A stretch of DNA of 64,000 bases from Anaerolineae bacterium (GTDB lineage Bacteria; Chloroflexota; Anaerolineae; Aggregatilineales; Aggregatilineaceae), in assembly GCA_034429275.1 (NCBI GenBank), contig DAOUFU010000013.1, positions 3,313 through 67,312 of the forward strand. Direction: 5' to 3'. This document shows positions 47,041 to 55,086 of the stretch, piece after piece. The notes below the pieces were generated by a model. It ran no database searches and was not told where the DNA came from. It saw only the letters and a program-made list of their open reading frames with translations. Numbering within the stretch: the first letter of the stretch is position 1; the number at the start of each line of letters is the position of its first letter. The translations under genes and the position numbers were made by a program.

Positions 47041-47334
47041 ATGACGAATGCTGAGCACCTGCCCGACCTTGAGCTGTGGCAGCCGCGGCTGGCCCGGTGG
47101 GGCGAGCGGCTGCGTGCCCTGCGGTTGAGCGGCCCCGCCGGGGTGATCCTGGATGTGTTGGAACCGCTGGGGCCGTTCGGCGCTCACCTGCTGTGGGTGA
47201 TGCAGCCGGCGCTGGCGCTGGTCGTGCGCCGCGACGACGTGGACGCGCTGGCGCGCCTGCTCGATGCACCGGGTGGGTTCGCCTGGCTGCGCGATCACCT
47301 GCTGGACGAGCAGGATCGCTCCCCGGAACGGTAA
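47041..47334 (+). CDS. Small hypothetical protein (97 aa), first gene of the unknown-function operon
   Basis: The ORF begins at the leaderless-type ATG. Its central hydrophobic stretch (VILDVLEPLGPFGAHLLWVMQPALALVV) is on the same strand and closely spaced with downstream genes. A competing antisense ORF was rejected. Confidence 0.45.
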   Translation: MTNAEHLPDLELWQPRLARWGERLRALRLSGPAGVILDVLEPLGPFGAHLLWVMQPALALVVRRDDVDALARLLDAPGGFAWLRDHLLDEQDRSPER

Positions 47335-47395
47335 CCTCACCAACGGCTGAGGGGGACGGCATGGTGCACACCTATTTCATCAGGATACCGGCCTT

Positions 47396-48139
47396 ATGAT
47401 CACCAACAGCGAGATCACGTGGGTCTTTCTGGCGTTGGGTCTGGTGCTGACCTTTGTCGGGCGATTCATCGTGCGCCGCTTACAGGTGCAGATGCGCACG
47501 ATCAACGCCTATGCCATGCTGCCCGAACTGGCAGCGGATGCCGTCGAGAGCGCCAACCGCGTGCATCTCTCGATGGGCAGCAGCGCGCTGGGCGCGAGTG
47601 GCACCCTCAGCGCGCTGGTCAGCGCCGAGGTGATTTACCGCATGGCCCAGCGTTTTGCCGTCAGCCGCCATCTGCCGCTGCTGACCGTCAGCGAGCCGCT
47701 GACTCTGCCGCTCGCGCAGGATACGCTGCGGCGCGCCTATGAATTCCGGCGCAGCACCGCGCACTTCCGCACCAGTGCGGCAGCCTGGATCCCTTATGGG
47801 CCGCGCTCGCTGGCATTCGCGGCAGGTGCCGCCAGCCTCGCCGCCGATGCCGATGTCAGCAGCACCATCGCGCTGGGCGGGTTCGGGTACGAGCTGGCCC
47901 TGATCGGCGAAAGCGCGATCCTCAACGACCAGGACCTGATCGCTCACAGCAACCTGGTCGAAGGGCAGGCAGTGGCCTACGCCCAGGCGGATCACATGCT
48001 GCTGGGCGAAGAGCTGTATGTTGGCCCGGCCTACCTGGGCGGGTCGGCTTTGGAACGCGGCGGAGTGTTCGCGCTGGATGCGCTGCGCTGGCTGGTGATT
48101 GTGGGTATCCTGGTAATCGCGCTCGAAAGCGCCCTGTGA
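47396..48139 (+). CDS. Hypothetical bitopic/ditopic membrane protein (247 aa)
   Basis: It has an N-terminal TM (ITWVFLALGLVLTFVGRFIV), a C-terminal TM (LRWLVIVGILVIALESAL) and an Ala/Ser/Leu-rich ~190-aa domain between them. I recognised no family. Confidence 0.6.
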   Translation: MITNSEITWVFLALGLVLTFVGRFIVRRLQVQMRTINAYAMLPELAADAVESANRVHLSMGSSALGASGTLSALVSAEVIYRMAQRFAVSRHLPLLTVSEPLTLPLAQDTLRRAYEFRRSTAHFRTSAAAWIPYGPRSLAFAAGAASLAADADVSSTIALGGFGYELALIGESAILNDQDLIAHSNLVEGQAVAYAQADHMLLGEELYVGPAYLGGSALERGGVFALDALRWLVIVGILVIALESAL

Positions 48140-48167
48140 CCGGTTTGCCCGGCTAACTCATGACGAG

Positions 48168-48827
48168 GTGAACGGCGTGAGACGTCACCGCTTGATCAAT
48201 TTTATCGCTACCGTGATTGTGGTCAGCACCCTGCTGCTGACTCTGCTTGGCCTGTCCACCAAACAGGGCAGCCTGCCCGCCGATCTGACCGCTTTTGTGA
48301 TCACATTGGTGGCGGTGGTGGGAGCGATCGCCGTGCTGGTGGGCCTGCTGAACCTGCTGGCGGTTCACCTGGGGCGGATTTCGCGCAGTGAATATGGCTG
48401 GCCCTACAGCATCGTTGTGGTGGTGACGGCGGCCCTGGTGATCGCCCTGCGCGTGCTGGATCGCCAGGGCATCTGGTCGGGCAAGCTGGAAGGCGAGCAG
48501 ATGAGTCTGCGCGTCTTCGAGGCAGTGCAGGTCAGCCTGGAATCGGCGCTGGGGGCGCTGCTGGTCTTTTTCCTGGTCTATGCGGCCTATCGCCTGATGC
48601 GCCGCCAGGTGACGGTGCCCCATCTGCTGTTCACGCTGGCGCTGGTGATCGTGTTGTTGGGCTGGATTCCGCTCAAGGGTGTCGATACGCTGGCCGATGT
48701 GCAGCGCTGGCTGGTGCGTGTGCCGGTCAGTGCAGGGGCGCGCGGCTTGTTGATCGGTGTCGGGTTGGGCACGGTGATGGTAGGCGTGCGCGTGTTGATC
48801 GGCCACGACCGGTCGTTCCGCGGCTGA
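48168..48827 (+). CDS. Hypothetical polytopic membrane protein (219 aa, approx. 6 TM)
   Basis: GTG start and a strongly hydrophobic periodic pattern. I recognised no family. Confidence 0.6.
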   Translation: MNGVRRHRLINFIATVIVVSTLLLTLLGLSTKQGSLPADLTAFVITLVAVVGAIAVLVGLLNLLAVHLGRISRSEYGWPYSIVVVVTAALVIALRVLDRQGIWSGKLEGEQMSLRVFEAVQVSLESALGALLVFFLVYAAYRLMRRQVTVPHLLFTLALVIVLLGWIPLKGVDTLADVQRWLVRVPVSAGARGLLIGVGLGTVMVGVRVLIGHDRSFRG

Positions 48828-48948
48828 GCGCCGATCCACCGGTTACGAGTGTGGTTTACGATTGTGGTCTGTCCGTCGAGTGCCGGACGCAGCAAGCCGC
48901 GTCCCTCTTTCATCCAACATTGGATTTGGCTAAAGTCAGGAAGACGTT

Positions 48949-51900
48949 ATGCCGGACGATCCTAATCTGTTTGATGACGCTGATTTTTGGTCCGGGGAGA
49001 CGCCGGGCAGCACTAACTCTGCAGGGGGCGCTCGTCCGCCCTGGCAGAGCCACCCCGGCGACCCTTCGGCGATGACGGGCGCGCGTCCGGCGGAGCTTCC
49101 GCCCTGGCAGCAGCATCCCGCATCCTCCACGCCTGCCCGGTCAGCCCCCATGCAGCCGCCGCCCTGGCAAGCTCATCCCGGTCCGACTCCCACGCCGCCG
49201 CCTGGCGGCCAGCCCGGTGAGCCAGCCTGGGACGAAATCGGGTGGGCGGTTGATCAGCCGGATGCAGACCGCGCCGCCTCAGCAGCAGGGGCTGACGAAT
49301 TGCCCCAGGGCCTGACCGGGATGCTGCCCTGGCGCAGCGAGACTCAGAGCGCGCCGGCAGGCCCGCCCTCCAGTGCGGACGATTCCGCATGGTTGGAGTC
49401 GTTTGGGCAGACGGGGTATGACAGCAGTTCCAGCCTGCCGCAAGATGACGGTGACCTCAGCTGGCTGACCGGCGACAGCAGCAAGCCCGTTGAACCCGCT
49501 GCCGAGACCGGGGCTGATGGGCTGCTGTGGCCGGATGATGACTTGTTCGCTGGATTGGAAGCGGATTCCACCCCGCCAGCCGAAACCGAAACAGCCCCCT
49601 CTAGCGGAGTCATTCGCCGCCTGGCGCGGCCCCAGGATTCGGTGCCGCCAGCCGTCGAAGCTGCGCAGCCGCAAGCCGATCTCACCGTTGAAGACCTGTT
49701 CGACAGCGCCTTTGGCGATGCCTTCGAGGACATCCTGGGCGAATCCGCCTCTGGCACCCCCGCAGACGCGGGTACAGCGGGCGAGGGTGATGCGGATCTC
49801 TGGCCCGGCGATGAGGCAGCCGCCGAGAAGTCGTTCGCCGAAGAACAGCCGCCCGCCGCCGGAGACCTGCCCGACTGGCTGCGCACCGAAGCCACGCCTC
49901 CAAGTGCGCCTCTGGCTGAAGCATGGGGCACCGAAACAGCCGAGGCTGACACATCCGGCGAAGAAGAAACGCTCCCCGCCTGGGCCGAAGATGGTGCATC
50001 GTTCGCGGCGCAAAGCACCCCCACCAATCTGTCCTATGATGAGTGGGAACAAGCACAGATCGCCCGCGAGCAGGAAGCCGCCAAAACCGAAGAAGATCGC
50101 CTGCTCGAACAGGTCCCCGACTGGTTCGCCCAGCCCGATCAGCCTGCCGCTCCCGCGCCTGATTCTGAACAACCCGCCGGGCCTGAATTCGTGCCGGATT
50201 GGTTCACCGGGCTAGAAGCCCAGAACCTGGAAGCTGCACCCGATTGGTTCCAGAAAATTGACTATACTGCCGATCCGCTGGCGGCCCCTCCCAGCGAGCC
50301 AGAACCTCCGCCGGTCCATGATGCCGTCATGCCGGACTGGCTGCGCCCCGATGGGCTATTGGAACTGGCGGGCCAGGAAGAGTCACCGGCTGAAAGCGAG
50401 CAGCCAGCGGCGGATGAATGGGCAGTCGATGAACCCTTGCCCGATGAGATTGACTTTTTGAACCGCCTGGGTGGAGCATCCTCTGGCCGGGGAAAACAGC
50501 CGCCTGCACCGCCTCCTGCGCCACCGGCAGCCGCGCCGGGCGACGAGGAATGGCGGCGAGCTTTTGAGCCTTCGCCGGAACCGGAGTTTGCCCAGGCCCC
50601 ACCGCCCGTAGGCGATTTCGTCGAGCGGTTTGACCCGTTCGCGCCAGTCGAACCGGCTCCGCCCCCTGCGCCTGAAGCGGCGGCATTCGATCTTGGGCCA
50701 GGCACGCTCGATTGGCTGCAAGACCTCTCTGCTGAGGACTTGAGCGAACCTGAGCCGGAACCGGTCTTCCCGGCAGAACAGCCTGCTGCACCCGAACCTG
50801 AACCCGCCGAGGATTTGCTGCTGGAAGAAGTGAAGGTAGACAGCCAGGCGATCGACAGTCTGCTGGGAATCAGCGACTCGAGCATGGCGCTGGTTGTACC
50901 GCAAGAGCAACCGGTCGCTGCGCCGGAAGAGATCACTTCGTTCGAGTGGCCCGAAGAAGACCCCTGGCTGGCGCTGGAAAAAGCCGAAGCCGCTGCCGAT
51001 GAACGCTTCGCAGGGGCCGAAGTCTTCCCCGAAGAGCAAGCTGCGGAAGACCTGCTCGCCGCCGAGATATTCGAAGCAGATCGCCCCACAACACCAGAGC
51101 GACCGGCCACCGCTGCCAAAGCGGCCCCCGCGCCGCCGCCTGCCGAGGAACCTCCGGTGGCCCCGCGAGAAGCGGCCCGTCCCCAGTGGCTCGAAGAGAT
51201 GCGCCCTGCCGATCTACCGGTGACGTTGATCGCAGGCGGTGCCAGGCTCGATATGATTCAGCACAGCCTGGACGATTTGCCCGATGGGCTGCGCAGCCTG
51301 CACGAGCGGCTCAGTGACGAGCAATCGTTCGCTGAGGCCACGCGCAGTGTCCAGCCGCCGCCTGAAAGTGGCCCACTGGCCGGTATTGTGGACTCGCTGT
51401 CTGCAGTCCCGGCGGCGCTGCCTACCATCCGGCGAGAGGCTATCGTCGAAGGGTTGGTGATCTCACCGGAAGAACAGCGGCGGATTGAGCGCCTGCAGGC
51501 CGTGCTCGACCTGCTGGCTGCCGAAGAGGAAGAAGCCGAAGAAGCACCCGTCGAAGGGTTTGGCTTCAGCTCGACCGCGCCGTTTGATTTTGGCGGCGAA
51601 GAAGTGGACGAAGAAGCGGCGGCGGTGGCTGAAATTTCCGCCAAATCGCGCCCACGCCGCCCGCACCGCTACAAATTTGACCGGCTGGTGATCCTGCTGG
51701 CGATGCTGGCCGCGCTGGTCGTGCCGTTTGTCACCGATGTGGTGCATTTCGCCGCCGATCCGCCCCCACTGGCAGGCGATCAAGCGGCGGTAGCGAGCGC
51801 AGTAGACGCGCTGCTGCCCGGCGATATTGCGCTGGTGGCGCTGGAATATGGCCCTACGGCAGCGGGCGAGCTGGATGGGTTGGCCGAGGCTGTGCTGCGC

Positions 51901-52578
51901 GACATCATCGCACAGCGCGCCGTGCCGGTCATGATCAGCACGAACCCGGCAGCCGCGCTGCACGCCGAAGCCGTGATCGCGCCGCTGCGTGACGATTCCC
52001 TGCTGCTCAAGGCGCGTGGCGACGGCGAATCTGCCCTGGCCGCCGGGGAAGATTACGTGCTGCTGGCTTATCTGCCCGGCGAGGCGGTTGGTGTGCGCTC
52101 GCTGGCCCAGCCGCCGAGCGGAGCGGAAGCCGTGCACCCGGCCTTCAAGACAGACCTGCGAGGCGAAGAAACGGCGCTGACCGTGCATAACATGGCAACA
52201 GATGTCGCCCTGATCGTCGTCGTGAGCGAAGACTCTGCCGGGGTGCGGACCTGGGCGGAACAGCTCGAAAGTGTGCCCACGCTCAAAGTGGCGCTGGTGA
52301 CCGCCGCCACCGAACCGCTCGTCGAGCCATACGTCAATGCAAAGGGATATGTCGGGTACCTGGCCGGGGTGCGCGATACCTACAGCTACAACGCGGCACG
52401 AAACAGCACCACGCGCGAGCCATATGTTGTACCCGAGGGCATCACGTTTGACGTGCCCGACCCCGAAAGCGCGCGCTGGCACAGCATGGCCCTGGGCGCG
52501 GCGGCGGCAGCAGCCGTGATTGCACTGGGCACAATGGTGAATCTGATCCGGGCTTTAGGACGGAGGCGCAGCCGGTGA
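48949..52578 (+). CDS. 1209-aa acidic Pro/Trp-motif repeat protein with two C-terminal TM helices bracketing an approx. 270-aa domain
   Basis: AGGAAG RBS. The first ~900 residues are low-complexity (D/E/P/A-rich) with PPWQxHP x3 and at least 8 copies of a [hydrophobic]-P-D-W-[LF] motif. TM1 is LVILLAMLAALVVPFV and TM2 is ALGAAAAAAVIALGTMVNLI, followed by an RRRSR tail. Confidence 0.75.
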   Translation: MPDDPNLFDDADFWSGETPGSTNSAGGARPPWQSHPGDPSAMTGARPAELPPWQQHPASSTPARSAPMQPPPWQAHPGPTPTPPPGGQPGEPAWDEIGWAVDQPDADRAASAAGADELPQGLTGMLPWRSETQSAPAGPPSSADDSAWLESFGQTGYDSSSSLPQDDGDLSWLTGDSSKPVEPAAETGADGLLWPDDDLFAGLEADSTPPAETETAPSSGVIRRLARPQDSVPPAVEAAQPQADLTVEDLFDSAFGDAFEDILGESASGTPADAGTAGEGDADLWPGDEAAAEKSFAEEQPPAAGDLPDWLRTEATPPSAPLAEAWGTETAEADTSGEEETLPAWAEDGASFAAQSTPTNLSYDEWEQAQIAREQEAAKTEEDRLLEQVPDWFAQPDQPAAPAPDSEQPAGPEFVPDWFTGLEAQNLEAAPDWFQKIDYTADPLAAPPSEPEPPPVHDAVMPDWLRPDGLLELAGQEESPAESEQPAADEWAVDEPLPDEIDFLNRLGGASSGRGKQPPAPPPAPPAAAPGDEEWRRAFEPSPEPEFAQAPPPVGDFVERFDPFAPVEPAPPPAPEAAAFDLGPGTLDWLQDLSAEDLSEPEPEPVFPAEQPAAPEPEPAEDLLLEEVKVDSQAIDSLLGISDSSMALVVPQEQPVAAPEEITSFEWPEEDPWLALEKAEAAADERFAGAEVFPEEQAAEDLLAAEIFEADRPTTPERPATAAKAAPAPPPAEEPPVAPREAARPQWLEEMRPADLPVTLIAGGARLDMIQHSLDDLPDGLRSLHERLSDEQSFAEATRSVQPPPESGPLAGIVDSLSAVPAALPTIRREAIVEGLVISPEEQRRIERLQAVLDLLAAEEEEAEEAPVEGFGFSSTAPFDFGGEEVDEEAAAVAEISAKSRPRRPHRYKFDRLVILLAMLAALVVPFVTDVVHFAADPPPLAGDQAAVASAVDALLPGDIALVALEYGPTAAGELDGLAEAVLRDIIAQRAVPVMISTNPAAALHAEAVIAPLRDDSLLLKARGDGESALAAGEDYVLLAYLPGEAVGVRSLAQPPSGAEAVHPAFKTDLRGEETALTVHNMATDVALIVVVSEDSAGVRTWAEQLESVPTLKVALVTAATEPLVEPYVNAKGYVGYLAGVRDTYSYNAARNSTTREPYVVPEGITFDVPDPESARWHSMALGAAAAAAVIALGTMVNLIRALGRRRSR

Positions 52579-53252
52579 CTCCTGAGACTCTTGATCTGAT
52601 CGCCGGGTGGGCGGGCCTGGTGCTCACCCTGATGATATTCAGCTACCTGCTGGGCGATAATGCCCTCTACCGGGTGGCAGTGCACGTCCTGGTGGGTGTC
52701 GCAGCCGCCTATGCGGCCATCGTGGCCGTCGAGAGCGTGCTGGTGCCCTGGTTCGACCAGACCCTGCTGGCCAAAGCCAGCGACAATGATGCAGCGACTC
52801 TGGCCGCGCTGCGTGTGGTTGGGCTGATTCCAGTGCTGGTGGGCGTGCTGCTGCTGCTCAAATCCTCGACTCGGCTGGCTCCGCTGGGCGATCTGGGCAT
52901 GGCCTGGATCATCGGAGTGGGCACGGCGGTGTCGCTGGTGGGAGCGGTCGCCGGAACGATCCTGCCCCTGGCGCGCGAAACGGGCGAAAGTCTGGGCGAT
53001 AATGCGCTGGAGGGAGTGATCCTCGTGGCGGGGGTGATCGTCACGCTGCTCTACTTCCAGTACCTTGCCGTTGAACGGGGCGGCAAAATGCAGCGCCCCC
53101 TGGGGCTGAGCATCCTCAGCCGGATCGGGCAGGGCGTCATCGCGCTCACCCTGGGCGCGCTGTACGCCGGCGCGATCCTGACCAGCCTGGCAATCTTCAG
53201 CGATGTCATCCGCCGGCAGCTTGAGTTCATTCTGGACCGGATAGGGGGCTAG
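52575..53252 (+). CDS. Hypothetical polytopic membrane protein (225 aa)
   Basis: The GTG start overlaps the upstream stop (GTGA). It has about 6 hydrophobic helices. I recognised no family. Confidence 0.65.
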   Translation: MTPETLDLIAGWAGLVLTLMIFSYLLGDNALYRVAVHVLVGVAAAYAAIVAVESVLVPWFDQTLLAKASDNDAATLAALRVVGLIPVLVGVLLLLKSSTRLAPLGDLGMAWIIGVGTAVSLVGAVAGTILPLARETGESLGDNALEGVILVAGVIVTLLYFQYLAVERGGKMQRPLGLSILSRIGQGVIALTLGALYAGAILTSLAIFSDVIRRQLEFILDRIGG

Positions 53253-53256
53253 GGCT

Positions 53257-55086
53257 ATGGCGTTTGAGCACATGAACTCCGTGCTGGTGGCGGATATTGG
53301 CAACGCGCACACGCGCCTGGTCCTGATCGACCTGGTCGAAGGGAAATATCGCCTGATCGCCTCATCGCGGGCGCGCACGACCGCCCAACCACCCCTGAAC
53401 AGTGTGGGACTGGGGCTGGAACATGCCGCCCAAATCATGACCTCGACAATTGGCCGCACCTTGATCGACCCCGACCCGGAGCGGCTGTTCAAAATGCCGG
53501 AAGAAGATGGTCACGGGGTCGATGGATTTGTAGCGACCAGCAGCGCCGGGCGTCCGATGCGCGTCTTTTTGGTTGGGGTGACGCCGGAAATCAGCCTGAC
53601 GAGCGGTCGCCGCGCGCTGGGCGGCGCATACGTGACCATCACCGGCATGCTCGGCCCGCACGACACGCGCAGCGATACGCAGAAGATCAACGCCATCCTG
53701 CGCGACGATCCCGATATGATCCTGATTGTGGGTGGGACAGATGACGGCGCGGACGATATTCTGCTCGACCAGGTGCGGTTGGTAGCCCGCGCGCTGTCCT
53801 TGATCCGGCGCGGCACGATGCCCACCGTGTTATTTGCGGGCAACCAGGCGGTGCGCAAAGCTGTGCGCGCCATCCTCAACCCGATCACCGAGGTCTATAC
53901 CGCCCGCAATGTGCGCCCCACGCTGGATGAGGAGCAGTTGTTCCCGGCACAGCTTGAGCTGGCACTGGTTTATGATGACTACCGCGCCAAATCGCCTGGC
54001 GGTTTCGCCGAAGTCGGGCGGCAAAGCCAGATCGGCATCGTGCCCACTACCCAGGGCTACCTGAGCGCGATGCGCTACATGACTGCGCTCAGCGAACGCC
54101 CGGTCGGCCCGCTGTGTATCGACATCGGCAGCAGCAACAGCATGATGGTCACCAGCATCGATGGTGAGGTCCAGGTGGCCATCCGATCCGATCTGGGCAT
54201 GGGGCATTCGATGGTGAGCACGCTGGAACGGCTGGGCGCAGAGCATATCACGCGGTGGCTGCCGTTCGATCTAGCTGAGCGCCCGCTGCTGGATTATGTC
54301 CACAACAAGCAGCTGCGCCCCACCACCATCCCGGCCACCTCCGAAGAGCTGATGCTGGAGCAGGCCTTCGCGCGCGCCATCACCGTGCAGATGATCGAGG
54401 AGCTTCGGCCAAGCTGGAACCAGGGACGCAGCCTGCTGCTGCCCCCTTTCAGCCCGATCATCGCAGCAGGCGCGATCTTGACCGAGGCTCAGCATCCCGG
54501 AATTTCGGCACTGATGCTGCTCGACGCGCTGCAGCCGGTCGGCATCACCGAGCTTCGGCTCGACCCGCACAACCTGCTCTCGGCGCTGGGCGTAGTGGCT
54601 TATCTCAAGCCGGTGATGATGGTGCAGGCGCTCGAAGCGGGCGGGCTGGTCACGCTGGGGACGGCCTTCTGCCCCCTGGGGCATGTGCGCCAGGCAAAAG
54701 ACGCCATGACTATCCGCGTCCGCCTGCCCGATGGCCGCGTGCTCAACAAGCGGCTGCTGGGCGGCGATCTGTGGATGGCCCCGGTGCTGCCGGGCATCGC
54801 GTGCGAAGTGGAGATTCGACTGCGGCGCGGCCTGTCGATCAACGGCAAGCAGCGCATCCGTCAGCGCGTGATGGCCGGGGCAGCAGGCATTATTTTTGAC
54901 GCGCGTGGGCGTCCTTTCAACCTGCCGCGCCCCCGCGACCGCGTGGCGCGCTATCTCCGCTGGCAGCAGGCTATGACCGGCCAGGAACCGGGCGTCGCGC
55001 CGCCCGAACCGCCGCCGCCGGACGAAGCGTTGATCCCCGATCTGGGCGAACTGACCGGGCTGGAGGATAGGGTCGAGGTGAGATAA
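53257..55086 (+). CDS. GlmL/MutL-type ASKHA (actin/Hsp70/sugar-kinase fold) ATPase, 609 aa
   Basis: Phosphate-1-like VLVADIGNAHTRLVLID, phosphate-2-like LCIDIGSSNSMMV and the GlmL-family-like IVGGTDDGADD motif are present. It has a Pro-rich acidic C-terminal tail. RBS is GGGGG. Confidence 0.6.
   Translation: MAFEHMNSVLVADIGNAHTRLVLIDLVEGKYRLIASSRARTTAQPPLNSVGLGLEHAAQIMTSTIGRTLIDPDPERLFKMPEEDGHGVDGFVATSSAGRPMRVFLVGVTPEISLTSGRRALGGAYVTITGMLGPHDTRSDTQKINAILRDDPDMILIVGGTDDGADDILLDQVRLVARALSLIRRGTMPTVLFAGNQAVRKAVRAILNPITEVYTARNVRPTLDEEQLFPAQLELALVYDDYRAKSPGGFAEVGRQSQIGIVPTTQGYLSAMRYMTALSERPVGPLCIDIGSSNSMMVTSIDGEVQVAIRSDLGMGHSMVSTLERLGAEHITRWLPFDLAERPLLDYVHNKQLRPTTIPATSEELMLEQAFARAITVQMIEELRPSWNQGRSLLLPPFSPIIAAGAILTEAQHPGISALMLLDALQPVGITELRLDPHNLLSALGVVAYLKPVMMVQALEAGGLVTLGTAFCPLGHVRQAKDAMTIRVRLPDGRVLNKRLLGGDLWMAPVLPGIACEVEIRLRRGLSINGKQRIRQRVMAGAAGIIFDARGRPFNLPRPRDRVARYLRWQQAMTGQEPGVAPPEPPPPDEALIPDLGELTGLEDRVEVR

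Noticed and set aside
46822-47343. 173-aa minus-strand ORF spanning the divergent promoter region
   Set aside because: It would read through two promoter elements and the start of the plus-strand gene. Only its last 20 codons have a Shine-Dalgarno and promoter, and these are kept as a candidate uORF.
49279-53492. Series of long minus-strand ORFs (49279-50172, 50262-51119, 51463-52482, 52386-53492) opposite the unknown operon
   Set aside because: They lack RBS and start context, are compositionally extreme (R/G/A/S), and overlap plus-strand ORFs. The plus-strand ORFs show translational coupling, TM periodicity and recognisable motifs.
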